Shown piece by piece: positions 1 through 9,743 of a DNA stretch of 64,000 bases (positions are counted from its first letter, which is position 1; each line of letters begins with the position of its first letter). The position numbers and the translations under genes are program-made. Source of the stretch: a virus; the IMG/VR virus record IMGVR_UViG_3300032236_001100, positions 20,756-84,755 of that record. The stretch is one strand, 5' to 3'. The notes beneath the pieces were generated by a model. It was given only the letters and a program-made list of their open reading frames with translations, ran no database searches and was not told where the DNA came from.

Positions 1-195
1 CACCAGTTTGGCAACCCAGTACGAATGGGCCAGCACCGTGAACGAGATCCTGCCATGCCCCAGGTAACGCGATGTGCGATTCAACGAGGTAACGATATCC
101 TCGATCTGGATCGTTTCAGGATCAGGATCGAACGGAAACACCGTCTGGCCGGTGGTCGTCTCGATGAAGGCATCTTCTGCACGGATGGGCTTCAC
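1..195 (-). CDS. HD-superfamily 5'-deoxynucleotidase (YfbR-like), truncated by window edge
   Basis: Not in ORF track. GTG at 195 overlaps the thyX stop; translates MKPIRAEDAFIETTTGQTVFPFDPDPETIQIEDIVTSLNRTSRYLGHGRISFTVLAHSYWV, matching the phage YfbR-like N-terminal pattern (IEDI..L...R..GH...(S/T)V..HS). Confidence 0.75.
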   Translation of the reverse strand, partial: MKPIRAEDAFIETTTGQTVFPFDPDPETIQIEDIVTSLNRTSRYLGHGRISFTVLAHSYWVAKLV

Positions 196-1169
196 TTGGA
201 TGTTCCCCCATCGGACTTGAGCGTGATACTCTTGGGCAGGATTCGCTGGAGTTTCTCAAGAAGCTCGTTCAATTCACGCCGGTTGTAGTATGACGTGTGG
301 CTGTACTCACCGACGACCAGGCTATCGCAGAATCCCTGAATGGCCTTAACGCCTTCATCTTGGATTGGAAAAGACATGCAAACGCACTCCAGCATGGACC
401 GGATCGCGTTGACTTCCATGCGAGACAGCGTCACACCATGCAGCACATAGTCTTCAAATGCACTATATGTCATCGGGAACAGCGGACGAACGAACGATTC
501 GTAGATCGCTTTTGCATACTGGGCGATCTCCAGCTGGGCAGACAGTCGCTTGCGTGTGAACCCAAGCAGGTTATGCAAATCAATCTTCCAGATGGCTGTT
601 GTGTACTGGCTCAGAGGCAGGTCTTTGCGTGCCTGCTCCCTGGCAACACCCAACCTCAATCTGGCCTGATAGACATTCTTGATGGAGTCGTGAAGCCGAA
701 ACTCCTGGTAGCTGAGATACTCCCCTGGCGTATCAAATCCCATATGCTCGACAGCATAGTCAATGTCTCCAGGCCATTCCGTCAAATATCCTTGACTACC
801 CTGCCTGTTTGACTTGGACTGCAAACGCCATTCGTTTGGATTGGTCTCAGCCATGTCGTCACAGGCTTCGCTGTAACGAGTGCTAATCTCGTTCACATTT
901 GCCGTTCTATGCCTGATCCACTGCCGCCACGCATCCATCGGGATGTGGATCTTGAATTTGAGTTCAGCCATCTCGAATGGACTGGTATGGCCGTGCCGCA
1001 TCATGTACCGCAACAGCGTCTCGTCGTTCGATACTGTCTTGGTGCCCTTGCCGTAGCTGACACGGGCAGCATCGCAGATGTCTGAATCCGAACCCATGAC
1101 ATCAATCAGCTGGACATAGCCCTTGTCCAGCACGGGCACCTTCTTGCCGATCAGTTCTTGCTTGTTCAA
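192..1169 (-). CDS. thyX: Flavin-dependent thymidylate synthase
   Basis: AARVSY, GHTSPFE, RQWIRHRTANVNEISTRY (RHRx7S) and REQARKDLP motifs. Confidence 0.95.
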   Translation of the reverse strand: MNKQELIGKKVPVLDKGYVQLIDVMGSDSDICDAARVSYGKGTKTVSNDETLLRYMMRHGHTSPFEMAELKFKIHIPMDAWRQWIRHRTANVNEISTRYSEACDDMAETNPNEWRLQSKSNRQGSQGYLTEWPGDIDYAVEHMGFDTPGEYLSYQEFRLHDSIKNVYQARLRLGVAREQARKDLPLSQYTTAIWKIDLHNLLGFTRKRLSAQLEIAQYAKAIYESFVRPLFPMTYSAFEDYVLHGVTLSRMEVNAIRSMLECVCMSFPIQDEGVKAIQGFCDSLVVGEYSHTSYYNRRELNELLEKLQRILPKSITLKSDGGTSK

Positions 1170-1237
1170 TGCGTCTTCTCGTTTGGTTGAGAGATGTTGC
1201 TGGTGTATTCTAGAAAGAAACCGAGGTTAGCCTCGTC

Positions 1238-1438
1238 CTATGATTGTCCTACCTTGTGTTCGCCTACCTTGCTGATGTTGCTTGCCAGTTCTTCCTGGCG
1301 GTTCCTAACGTCCGTCTCTTCTCCTCTGGCTACGGATCGCACCATCGTGATCACGTCTTCTTTTCGCAGATAGACAGCGTCACGCCAGACAATAAAACGA
1401 AAATCGGTCTTTTCTGGCTGTTCTTCCATGTCATTCAC
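1238..1438 (-). CDS. Hypothetical protein
   Basis: 66 aa, start overlaps upstream stop. Confidence 0.6.
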   Translation of the reverse strand: MNDMEEQPEKTDFRFIVWRDAVYLRKEDVITMVRSVARGEETDVRNRQEELASNISKVGEHKVGQS

Positions 1439-1755
1439 GGTTGATCTCCAGTGACCGATTGGTTCCGCATGACAATAGCATTCTCGATAGCATGAACTAG
1501 GCTTATCGCCATGTCATCGCCTCTGCGTTTGTCTTTGGCTATTCTTACAGCATTGGGCGAGACCGCCATGAAATCCTGAATGATGGCGTTAGCCTGGTCG
1601 GCACACGCACCACATAGGGGCTCAACGCCATCGGCATAAGTCAGCAGGTGCAAACCAGAGCAATCGTAAAGCCACTCGTCACAACGTCCGCAGAACTTGA
1701 ACGTCTGGTGCTGCTCAAGATTAGCAAGCGGAACCATCTCAAACTTGAAAGCCAT
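1435..1755 (-). CDS. Hypothetical protein, two CxxC (possible Zn ribbon)
   Basis: CGRC...CGAC; AAGGA RBS. Confidence 0.6.
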   Translation of the reverse strand: MAFKFEMVPLANLEQHQTFKFCGRCDEWLYDCSGLHLLTYADGVEPLCGACADQANAIIQDFMAVSPNAVRIAKDKRRGDDMAISLVHAIENAIVMRNQSVTGDQP

Positions 1756-1840
1756 CGTCTATCCTTTTGCGTGTATGGACGTGGGAAGTCCGTGCCCTGC
1801 TGGTCGCGCAGGGCACGCTGAATTTTGAGTTTGCTTACGA

Positions 1841-2332
1841 TCACAGAATCGCTGGCGTTTCGTACTTACAGGCTATCTGCCGTGGCTTGATCCAGATCCA
1901 GATTCGACGCTGGCCCAGCGACTCGACTGCTTCCTTGAACTGGTCCCACGGAACCCGGCTCTTGCCCTGGATCTCTTCGTACTTGATCCTGCCACCCCAC
2001 GGGGCCAAGGAGCGAGCAGCATCAAACACGGTCTGCTCGACCTTGCTGAGATCGCCTGGAATCCTCAGCACCGGCAGCTTCGGCGGGTTGAAGATGATCA
2101 CGCCGCAGGAAATCTTGCCACCATCCTCCATGTATCTTGGCAGATAGACACGGCTATCGTCGATGATCCCGACAGTCCTCATATAGTCCAGATGCATGTC
2201 GGCTACGTCAAACTTGACAGAAGCCCTGCTGGCCACGCCCCTGGTAGATGGGTAGTCGCTGGGCCTGGACTCGTACATGTACTTGAACGCCCGGTAAACC
2301 CGATACTGCTCGGCATCCAATGTGTACTTCAT
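1841..2332 (-). CDS. Hypothetical protein, possible winged-helix
   Basis: ATGA-coupled to sigma gene; YPSTRGVA..A..HL..M...G.I resembles LexA-type wHTH. Confidence 0.55.
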   Translation of the reverse strand: MKYTLDAEQYRVYRAFKYMYESRPSDYPSTRGVASRASVKFDVADMHLDYMRTVGIIDDSRVYLPRYMEDGGKISCGVIIFNPPKLPVLRIPGDLSKVEQTVFDAARSLAPWGGRIKYEEIQGKSRVPWDQFKEAVESLGQRRIWIWIKPRQIACKYETPAIL

Positions 2333-2970
2333 GCTACACCCCTTTCACGACGGTCCATCGCAATCTTGAGAGCGTGCAGGCAACGAGAACAAACCTGATC
2401 CGCTCGCTGACGACTGAAGCCGAAGATCTGGGCGATCTCAGGTAAGCTGTGAATTGGCCGTCCCATCAGGCCCCATCGCATCTCAGCAATTTCCCGATCA
2501 CGGCCATCCAGCACAGCCAGGAGCGACTCCACTTCCTCCCTGCGCTTCTGAGACTGCTTATCTGTTTCAGTTTGTTGCGATGCGTAATAATCCATCGAAG
2601 TAAACTCACCCTCCTGGTGAACCGAGATCTCAACATCGGAACTCTCAGGGATATGAATGATCCCCTCAGCATAGTTATGCTTGATCTCGCCACGCACCTT
2701 CCAGTACACGTAGGTGCTGACCAATGTCTTGCGTGAGAAGTCGAAGTCACGCATCGCCTTCCACAAGCCTGTCTCGCCGTCCGTCAGCATGCAGTTCCGC
2801 ATGTACGGCCCCTCGTACCAGGCCGCATGCTTCTTGCAGATCGTCATCACCAGAGCGCGATTCAGCTGGACAAACTCCGTCACAGCTTCCTGGTCGCCCG
2901 TCTCCTGGTACTTCCTAATCAACTCGCGGTTTCGTTCTTCGCGAGTAACCTTTCTTACTCTCGTCGCCAT
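2329..2970 (-). CDS. Sigma-70 family RNA polymerase sigma factor (1)
   Basis: Region 2 (GETGLWKAMRDFDFSRKTLVSTYVYWKVR) and region 4 HTH (SLPEIAQIFGFSRQRADQV); start placed at MATRVRK. Confidence 0.85.
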   Translation of the reverse strand: MATRVRKVTREERNRELIRKYQETGDQEAVTEFVQLNRALVMTICKKHAAWYEGPYMRNCMLTDGETGLWKAMRDFDFSRKTLVSTYVYWKVRGEIKHNYAEGIIHIPESSDVEISVHQEGEFTSMDYYASQQTETDKQSQKRREEVESLLAVLDGRDREIAEMRWGLMGRPIHSLPEIAQIFGFSRQRADQVCSRCLHALKIAMDRRERGVA

Positions 2971-3484
2971 CCTCGTGGTCCTCTCGGTGAATGTGCTTGA
3001 AGCCGTTGGGTACAGCCTCAAACCTCTTGATATCGAACGAAGGGTTCTTCTTTTTCTTGTTGCACCGGCGAGGGGTGGCAATCACCCAGGCGTGGCCTGA
3101 GTAAATCTCAGCCGCCCAGTACGTTTTGACAAGGCCAGGGCTTGATGGCCGCACCTTGCATTCGTGATACTCAACCTCGCCGTTCGGCAGAAACACAACA
3201 AAATCAGGCTTGTAGGCCACATTGAACTTGCGGGACAGCACAAGGACATGGGCCTCATATTGAAATGACTTGATCTCTCCTCTCTTCTTCCTGGCTTCCA
3301 AGATCAGCGCGTACCGCGAACTTTGCTCGTCCATTGACTGGTCGAACACAATCCTCGAAACGCCTGCCGGATCTTGTCCTGCGATCAACCGATCCGCTTC
3401 TTTGCGACTCAGACGAGATCGACCCAAGTTGGCCTCAAAGTCAACTGGACGTGTTCCTGAAGTCAGGAAACAGATCGTTGGCAA
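2915..3484 (-). CDS. PD-(D/E)xK nuclease, DUF1064-like
   Basis: YKPDFVV...EYHECK motif preceded by GEIKSFQYE. Confidence 0.7.
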   Translation of the reverse strand: MPTICFLTSGTRPVDFEANLGRSRLSRKEADRLIAGQDPAGVSRIVFDQSMDEQSSRYALILEARKKRGEIKSFQYEAHVLVLSRKFNVAYKPDFVVFLPNGEVEYHECKVRPSSPGLVKTYWAAEIYSGHAWVIATPRRCNKKKKNPSFDIKRFEAVPNGFKHIHREDHEDGDESKKGYSRRTKPRVD

Positions 3485-3746
3485 TCAAAGCCATTGCAGA
3501 ATGCGATAGTTCCTGAAACCCATCGTCCGCTTTGCCAGCAAAGCCGTGCATCGCGATCTTTGTTACCGATTGAATCTCATCGAACTCGAATCCTTGAGAC
3601 TGCAAGTCCTCGATCATGTCCGCAAAATCAAACCAGGCAATCGCTACTTGACGGCCAAAATGATCCCCAAACCTGAACCTGATATCGTCGAGCGTCAGTT
3701 TAGGTCGGGGTTGTGCCATCGGTGGTGCTGCGAGGTGCAATTCCAA
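3441..3746 (-). CDS. Hypothetical protein
   Basis: In-operon ORF; true start possibly at MAQPR. Confidence 0.5.
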   Translation of the reverse strand: MELHLAAPPMAQPRPKLTLDDIRFRFGDHFGRQVAIAWFDFADMIEDLQSQGFEFDEIQSVTKIAMHGFAGKADDGFQELSHSAMALIANDLFPDFRNTSS

Positions 3747-3804
3747 CAGTCACGGTCAGGATGGAAAGACGATAGCACAAGGTTGGTGATAAAGTCAACA
3801 GAAA

Positions 3805-3816
3805 GTTGACGGCAAC
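3805..3816. promoter_or_regulatory. Operator-like 12-bp quasi-palindrome GTTGACGGCAAC
   Basis: Member of GTTRACGKYAAC family also at 9997, 10889 and 17854. Confidence 0.55.
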
Positions 3817-3822
3817 ATAAAT

Positions 3823-3857
3823 AAAAAAAGCGGACCTCCCCGCAAGGAAGTCCGCTT
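3823..3857 (-). terminator. Rho-independent terminator after dnaN
   Basis: AAGCGGAC...GTCCGCTT stem with A7 on plus (U tract on minus). Confidence 0.75.
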
Positions 3858-3886
3858 GTAGCGGCATCGACATTTCGAGCAAGCAA

Positions 3887-4999
3887 TTAGATGTCCCTGG
3901 TTAACGGGCAAACAACACCCAGAAAGCCATCGTCCGTGACCAGCTTGATGTGACCCTTTGGCCCTCGCAACTGGACTTCGATCTGCTTTCCTGGCATCGA
4001 ACCCAGAACATCACGCATGATGCAGGGATCAAACGTCACGGTGGTTGCTGTGTCAATCTGCCTGGAGACCAGATCCACTTCCACGACCGAATTCCCGGTC
4101 TCGCTCCGGTTGCCCACCATCACCGTCTCGTCTGCGTCCATGTCCACGCCCGATGAGTCATGGCTGGCCGTGACAGCCGAAGCATCCAGTGCTGCCTTGA
4201 AGGCGTCTGTTTCAACGATGAACGTGCCTACCGGCTGATCGTCAGGGATAGCGTCTTCCCAGCGCGGAAATCGTCCCTGAGTCAAGGCTGTGACCAGTTC
4301 CACATCGCCAAACCGAAAGGCCACTCGGTTGGGACTGGTGCCAATCGAGATCATGTCGGTTTCGCCCAGTCCAGCCGAGATTCGCTCGACAATCTTCAGC
4401 GTACTGGCTGGCACCATCACTGGGGCAAAAGTTGGAACCTCACCCTTGGCCAGCTTCAGCTTTTGCAGCGACAGCCGCCTGCCGTCCGTGCCAAGACAGG
4501 TCAGGATCTCGCCTTGGAAGATATGGGCAATGGCCGAGAGAGCATACGTTGTCGAACCCGGATCAGCGGCATAGCTTGTCCGCTTGATTGCCGCTCGATA
4601 CTCAGATGCGTTCACCCATGCCTGGCCTTCAACTTCACTCCAGGCATCAGGGAACGTGTGGGGATCTTCGGTAGCGAAGCTCCACTTAGCCTTGCCGCAT
4701 TGCACCTTGAGCTTGCCGTCTTCTGGCTCGTACTGGATCGTCACATCCGAGTCCGACTTGGTTGATTTGATCGCCGCAGCAAATCGCTCGTGAGGGATCA
4801 GCATCACGCCATCGTCGGCCTTGGCCGCGACTCGCTTCCTGATCAGGATCTCGTTGTTCGTGCCCACAAACTCCACCACTCCATCGGTCGCTCGCATAAA
4901 CACGCATTGAAGCGAGACCTTGGGCGAGTTTTTGTTGATGGCATGGCCAACCGCCATGAGTGCGTCTTCCAGACTCTTCCGACTGATCACGATCTTCAC
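3887..4999 (-). CDS. dnaN: DNA polymerase III beta sliding clamp
   Basis: 370 aa; GTDGRRLS, GRFPRWEDAIP, C-terminal GVVCP. Confidence 0.92.
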   Translation of the reverse strand: MKIVISRKSLEDALMAVGHAINKNSPKVSLQCVFMRATDGVVEFVGTNNEILIRKRVAAKADDGVMLIPHERFAAAIKSTKSDSDVTIQYEPEDGKLKVQCGKAKWSFATEDPHTFPDAWSEVEGQAWVNASEYRAAIKRTSYAADPGSTTYALSAIAHIFQGEILTCLGTDGRRLSLQKLKLAKGEVPTFAPVMVPASTLKIVERISAGLGETDMISIGTSPNRVAFRFGDVELVTALTQGRFPRWEDAIPDDQPVGTFIVETDAFKAALDASAVTASHDSSGVDMDADETVMVGNRSETGNSVVEVDLVSRQIDTATTVTFDPCIMRDVLGSMPGKQIEVQLRGPKGHIKLVTDDGFLGVVCPLTRDI

Positions 5000-6699
5000 T
5001 TGGATTTGAACTCCCTGAACTTGGCGAACCTGTCATTGGTTGCATGCCTTGCCTCTTCCCTGCTTAGACTCAACGCGCGTTCCTCACTCCATCCCTGACC
5101 CATGAGGAATTTCACCTGGCTATAGCTGGACCTCTTGCGGAAGTCCCTGTCGGCCCAGAACTCCACAGCCTTCAAAGCCTGGTCGGGCGTCAGGCTGCGT
5201 GTGTCATGGATGCCGTAGCTCTTGAGAACATTCTTGATGTTCTCACCCACTTCATTATGGGAATAATTGTGGACAGGCTGCTGAATGGGCGAGGCTAGGG
5301 CAACGCCCAACGGGTCCAGCTCACGCCGACGATACGATACGGCACGCTCCCTGGCGGCAATCTGAAGCCGCATGACCGTGTCGGCCTTCTTCTTTTCTCT
5401 GGCTTCCCTGGCACGTTCACGCCGCTCTTCGTCTTCCTTCTCACGCTCACGCTGTCTCTTCGCCATTTCCAGAATGGTTAGCGGATCAAAGTCCTGCCCC
5501 TTCATGCCTCTGGCGATCTCACGACCAATCTGGCACAGGCGAGGATCGGGCTCGTCCTCAAAGAACAGATCCAAGGTGGATACTGGTCCTTCGTCGTCGC
5601 ACTCCCAGGCGAAGCCGATGACCCACCCCACGGTTTTCCCGGTCTCCGGTGAAATGCGTGTGATCCGTCCAATCTGTTGCATGGCAAGGCCGTGCGACTT
5701 GGTTGGCCTACCCATGATCGCGCAGTCGCAGCTGGGGAAGTCTACGCCCACGTTCAACAACTGGCACGAGATAATCACGTCCAGTTCGTCCTCGTCGAAC
5801 TGCCGGGTGATTCCGTCTCTGTCCGGGTTCTCGCCATGCACGGCCCTGGCTCGTAGGCCCATCGCACTGTATGCCGACTCAAACGCATAAGCCGTTTTGA
5901 CATCGGGCGTGAAGTGGATCGCCTTGCGAACGCCCAGGCGTTTCATTTCCATCCTGGCACCGTTGGCCATCTTGTCCACGGAACCAGAGATCCGGTCTTC
6001 CAGTTCCTGCTGGCTGTAATCCTTGCCGTACTTCGTGATTGTCTTCTTGAGGCCACGCAGGTCGATACCCACGTTGCACTCCACCATCCGCACCGGCACG
6101 AGGTGGCCGTTACTGATCGCGCCCGGTCTCCCATCCGGGTAGTCCTTGAGCGGATAGTGGTAGGCAATACTCTCGAAGATGTCAGGCACCAGCGGCTTGC
6201 CATCCGCTCGATACGGGGTAGCCGACAAGCCCACCCAGTATTTGATGCCACTGAAGTAGCTCATGAGCATCTTGATCGTCGAGCCCTGAGCCGACTGGCA
6301 TTCGTCAATAATGCCATAGACAAACTCGTCTGGCCTCCAGAGCGAGAGCCTCTTGGGTGAGCCTAGTGTCTGCCTGGTGGCGATCACGCAGTCGTAGCCG
6401 CCCATCAGGGCCATCGAGTCCTTGGCTCGCCTGTCGCCCATCTCCACGGCTGTGGCGATGCCCCAGCGGTGGAACTTATCCTCGGTCTGCTCGACAAGGC
6501 GTCTCATGTCTGCAATAAACAAGCACTTGCCATTGTCCCTGATCTTATCGACCAACTTTGCAGCAGTCACCGTCTTCCCGGTGCCAGTCGCTGCGTGAAT
6601 GATGGTCTTGCTTCGGCCTTCCTGCCATTCCTTGAGAACGGCTTCAATCATCTCGGCTTGGACATCATCTCTTGTGGGGGTGGATCGCATGGCAATCAA
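4996..6699 (-). CDS. Superfamily 2 DExx helicase
   Basis: ATGTGKT, IIDECQ, GLSATP, GVDFP, QQIGRITR. Confidence 0.92.
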   Translation of the reverse strand: MIAMRSTPTRDDVQAEMIEAVLKEWQEGRSKTIIHAATGTGKTVTAAKLVDKIRDNGKCLFIADMRRLVEQTEDKFHRWGIATAVEMGDRRAKDSMALMGGYDCVIATRQTLGSPKRLSLWRPDEFVYGIIDECQSAQGSTIKMLMSYFSGIKYWVGLSATPYRADGKPLVPDIFESIAYHYPLKDYPDGRPGAISNGHLVPVRMVECNVGIDLRGLKKTITKYGKDYSQQELEDRISGSVDKMANGARMEMKRLGVRKAIHFTPDVKTAYAFESAYSAMGLRARAVHGENPDRDGITRQFDEDELDVIISCQLLNVGVDFPSCDCAIMGRPTKSHGLAMQQIGRITRISPETGKTVGWVIGFAWECDDEGPVSTLDLFFEDEPDPRLCQIGREIARGMKGQDFDPLTILEMAKRQREREKEDEERRERAREAREKKKADTVMRLQIAARERAVSYRRRELDPLGVALASPIQQPVHNYSHNEVGENIKNVLKSYGIHDTRSLTPDQALKAVEFWADRDFRKRSSYSQVKFLMGQGWSEERALSLSREEARHATNDRFAKFREFKSK

Positions 6700-7680
6700 T
6701 CAAGCTCCTGGGATGGTATAGCCTCTTCCACGGCAGCTGGGGCAGTTGGTTTTCGTTCCCCGGATGTACCCGGTAGATCCACCTTCCTGCTGGTTGAAAC
6801 AGTCGATGCAGGCCAGCCAGCCGCTCTCTCGGTTGCCGCTCACGTTATTGCCGCCCCGTGGGTGGGGGATACGGTGAAACGTGAATAGCCGCGAGACAAA
6901 CGCGCCTAACGGGGCACCAATTGGACGAGTCCGATCAGCTTCGAGATAAGCCCGTCGAAGCTCTGGCATGTACGTGTCCATTGCACGCCGGTAAGCCAGA
7001 ACGTCGTGGTCAAACCCCACTCGGCATCGTGGCGTCAGTTTGTCACGCACTTTGAGCGTGGCCAGGAACGCCTGGTCGTCGGCTTCAGGGTCGTCAGGAT
7101 CGCCTTCGACCTGAGACTCGACCGGATCGGAAACCGATCCTTCGCCAGCGATTGCCGCTCGCTCGTCGTCACCGCCAGGAATCAGAACTTCAATCTCATC
7201 GGGCGCAACAATGATCGGCTCGTCTAGACTGTCTCCGCGCGAAAACTCCTGCTGTAACCCGTGGGCAGCTTTCTTGACGATAGCTGCGCTCGGTTGCTCG
7301 CCTCCAGCAAGTTCGACGGCCTTGTCCCATGCCTTGATCTTCTCTTCCTGTGGCAGAGAGACCAGAGGCCGGATCTGGGTCTCACTCGTGGGAGTGACGC
7401 TGTGCCCGGCCAGTTCCTCGACGGTCCTGCTCGCCTGGATCAGCCGGTAAGCATGAGCCTTGTGGAAGTTGAACCGATCCCGCATGTACTCCGCAAAGGA
7501 TGGATGCGACTCTCGATACAATCGACGCTCATTGATCTCACGAATCGCATCGCAGATCCTGAGCCACGACTCGAAGTTCCTATCGACCAGCGACTCCAGG
7601 CGTTGCAGATCATCTCGCTCCTTGTCGTCCAAGGGCAGTTCAGACATCAATTCGTTCACATCAACGTGGGACAGACTCAT
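6700..7680 (-). CDS. DNA-binding protein with DUF3102/ParB-HTH-like N-terminus and C-terminal CxxC..CxxC
   Basis: AIREINERRLYRESHPSFAEYMRDRFNFHKAHAYRLIQA..ETQIRPL pattern; CIDC/CPSC. Confidence 0.6.
   Translation of the reverse strand: MSLSHVDVNELMSELPLDDKERDDLQRLESLVDRNFESWLRICDAIREINERRLYRESHPSFAEYMRDRFNFHKAHAYRLIQASRTVEELAGHSVTPTSETQIRPLVSLPQEEKIKAWDKAVELAGGEQPSAAIVKKAAHGLQQEFSRGDSLDEPIIVAPDEIEVLIPGGDDERAAIAGEGSVSDPVESQVEGDPDDPEADDQAFLATLKVRDKLTPRCRVGFDHDVLAYRRAMDTYMPELRRAYLEADRTRPIGAPLGAFVSRLFTFHRIPHPRGGNNVSGNRESGWLACIDCFNQQEGGSTGYIRGTKTNCPSCRGRGYTIPGA
7231..7246. repeat. Degenerate copy (14/16) of 16-bp palindrome
   Basis: GTCTCCGCGCGAAAAC inside the 6700..7680 CDS. Confidence 0.65.
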
Positions 7681-8627
7681 AAAGCAGACTCCTCGGGTGC
7701 GTTGTACTTACGGCCCAGGTCGTTCACGGCATCCTTCCAGCTCGCATAAACGCCCAGTGCCGCGCCAAGGTCGAACAGGCTTAACTTCTCGCCTCGGCCA
7801 AGATCAGAGTAATACCCGCTCGCCACACTGAACGATGCGCTCGGGTTGCGATCCTCAGTACGGATCGACTTGCACTTCACGAAGCTCGAAGCGTTCGGGC
7901 TATGTGTCACAACTCGCAGGCCCCACGCTTCAGCCAAAGCCAATTTATCGAGATCTGGGATCGACTGTATGACGGTACGGTGATTGTAAAATCCACCGCT
8001 CTGCACCTTCGGTCCTTCGTACTGCACAATCGGCTTGAATTCCGACTGGACAGGCGGAACCGAGAAGACCTTGTGTTGCAGCCAGATCGGCATTGCAGCC
8101 GCTTCAGCCTGGTCGTCAGGACCAACGATCCAGCGGTAAGGTATGATCTCGCCGTTCACTTCTTTTGTGCTTGGCGGTATCTTTGCCAACCGCCCGTCAC
8201 CCAGCAGTTCGATCAACTCATGCTTGGCTGTCTCGTCCTTCCAGATGATCCGGTACGGGGCATCCCACCACCACTGAAACCACCACTGCTGGCCACCGCG
8301 AGGCGTGGCAACCACCCAAGTTTTCAGGTTGGGCGTTCCCGCGAGGTCAAGCCAGCGATTCCAGATCTTGATGGCGGTTGGCCCATCGAGATCCAGAACG
8401 ATGTGCGAGGCGACTCTACCCATCGGGATCTGGATATTCGTCTGCCTCTCGCCGCAAGGGCCTTCCCTTGCAGCGAGGCTGGCAAACTTGCTGGCCGACT
8501 GGTCGTTATCCCTGTCTTCCTTGAACGGATAGCAGGGATGACCGTGGACAGGGCACGAGGCCAGAGGATTGAATCCCAAGGCTCGAAATCGGTTGGCGGC
8601 ATCAATCGCCGCTTGAGGCAGGTCCAT
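7677..8627 (-). CDS. Bifunctional primase-polymerase (Prim-Pol)
   Basis: NIQIPMG, VLDLDG, ATPRGG, KIPPS, YRW motifs. Confidence 0.8.
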   Translation of the reverse strand: MDLPQAAIDAANRFRALGFNPLASCPVHGHPCYPFKEDRDNDQSASKFASLAAREGPCGERQTNIQIPMGRVASHIVLDLDGPTAIKIWNRWLDLAGTPNLKTWVVATPRGGQQWWFQWWWDAPYRIIWKDETAKHELIELLGDGRLAKIPPSTKEVNGEIIPYRWIVGPDDQAEAAAMPIWLQHKVFSVPPVQSEFKPIVQYEGPKVQSGGFYNHRTVIQSIPDLDKLALAEAWGLRVVTHSPNASSFVKCKSIRTEDRNPSASFSVASGYYSDLGRGEKLSLFDLGAALGVYASWKDAVNDLGRKYNAPEESAL

Positions 8628-8642
8628 TGCACTGCCCCCTGG

Positions 8643-9668
8643 TCAAAATGGGATCGTGCTTTCCTGGTGCAGAAGCTCTTCGGCCTTCTCGATGAAACGA
8701 GTCAGAAGTTCAGCGTTAGCTTCACGCTGGATATCGGGAATGCTCTGGCCAACCATCCTGCCGATCTCGTCCATCGTTTCCAGGCAGGCAGCGTTATCTA
8801 GAGGCTGGTTGCGAGTCTCGATGATTTTGGCCACGATCTTGCGAACACGGTCTCGCTGCGCCTTAATTGCGAAGTCGCCAGCCGCAGCAACGACCGGCGT
8901 GGAGATCACAGCAGGAGCAGGCTGCTCCGCAGGCGAAGAATTGCCGGTGAACTCATCCAGCTTTTGAACGCAGATGGCGACCATCTCTGCGGTCTGGCCT
9001 TCGTCCCACTCTGACCACTTCGGGGGGAAACCCAAGATCTTGCCCTGCGTACCCACATACTTGAGCAGGTCGCAACCGAACTTGGCGTCCATTTCCTTGG
9101 CCCAGTAAAACAATGCGCCGCCCTTGGCAGGCAGGCGACCATACTGAGCATGAGGCCCTGAATTGGATGGAGTTGGGCCAGCAGGTCGAGGTTGAGCCTG
9201 GGGCTGTGCCTGGTAGCCACCGTTGGACTGCTGCTGAGGCTGACGAGGTGGTTCCTGGTGAGATGCACCGGGCGCATCAGTTCCAGCTTCATAGTCCACC
9301 ACGCCAACATCATAGAGATGCCTGCCCATACCTGTGGCATGAGAAACCGCTCGCTTGAAAGCGTCGGTCACGCCACCTTTGAATTCGGCTACCTGGGTAT
9401 ACTGGCCCGCGCCACTCTTGGTGATGATGCTGCCATCATCCATCTTCATGCTGAACTTGCAGATCACGCCATTGTTGTGGACCTCGTAGTCAGTCCACCA
9501 ATTTTCAGGGCCAAGAACCAAATCCAGGCGATTCTCGTAGCACCTCGCATCGACGTATGCAGCATCACCTGCCCGTTGGCCCTTGCCGAACAAGGGCTTG
9601 TACTTGATCTGCTCTGCGGAAAATGGCTCGCTCAGTGCCTGAAACAGTTTTTCGTACTTTGTGGCCAT
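8643..9668 (-). CDS. Rad52/22-family single-strand annealing protein
   Basis: AYVDAR..NRLD.VLGPENW, KGGVTDAFKRA, GMGRHLY; AGGAG RBS before MATKY. Confidence 0.85.
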   Translation of the reverse strand: MATKYEKLFQALSEPFSAEQIKYKPLFGKGQRAGDAAYVDARCYENRLDLVLGPENWWTDYEVHNNGVICKFSMKMDDGSIITKSGAGQYTQVAEFKGGVTDAFKRAVSHATGMGRHLYDVGVVDYEAGTDAPGASHQEPPRQPQQQSNGGYQAQPQAQPRPAGPTPSNSGPHAQYGRLPAKGGALFYWAKEMDAKFGCDLLKYVGTQGKILGFPPKWSEWDEGQTAEMVAICVQKLDEFTGNSSPAEQPAPAVISTPVVAAAGDFAIKAQRDRVRKIVAKIIETRNQPLDNAACLETMDEIGRMVGQSIPDIQREANAELLTRFIEKAEELLHQESTIPF

Positions 9669-9743
9669 GCTCGCTCCTGTTGTGTTTGAGCAACTCATTA
9701 TTCAAACGAACACTATTGCAACTATGAAAACGATGGCGTTAAC

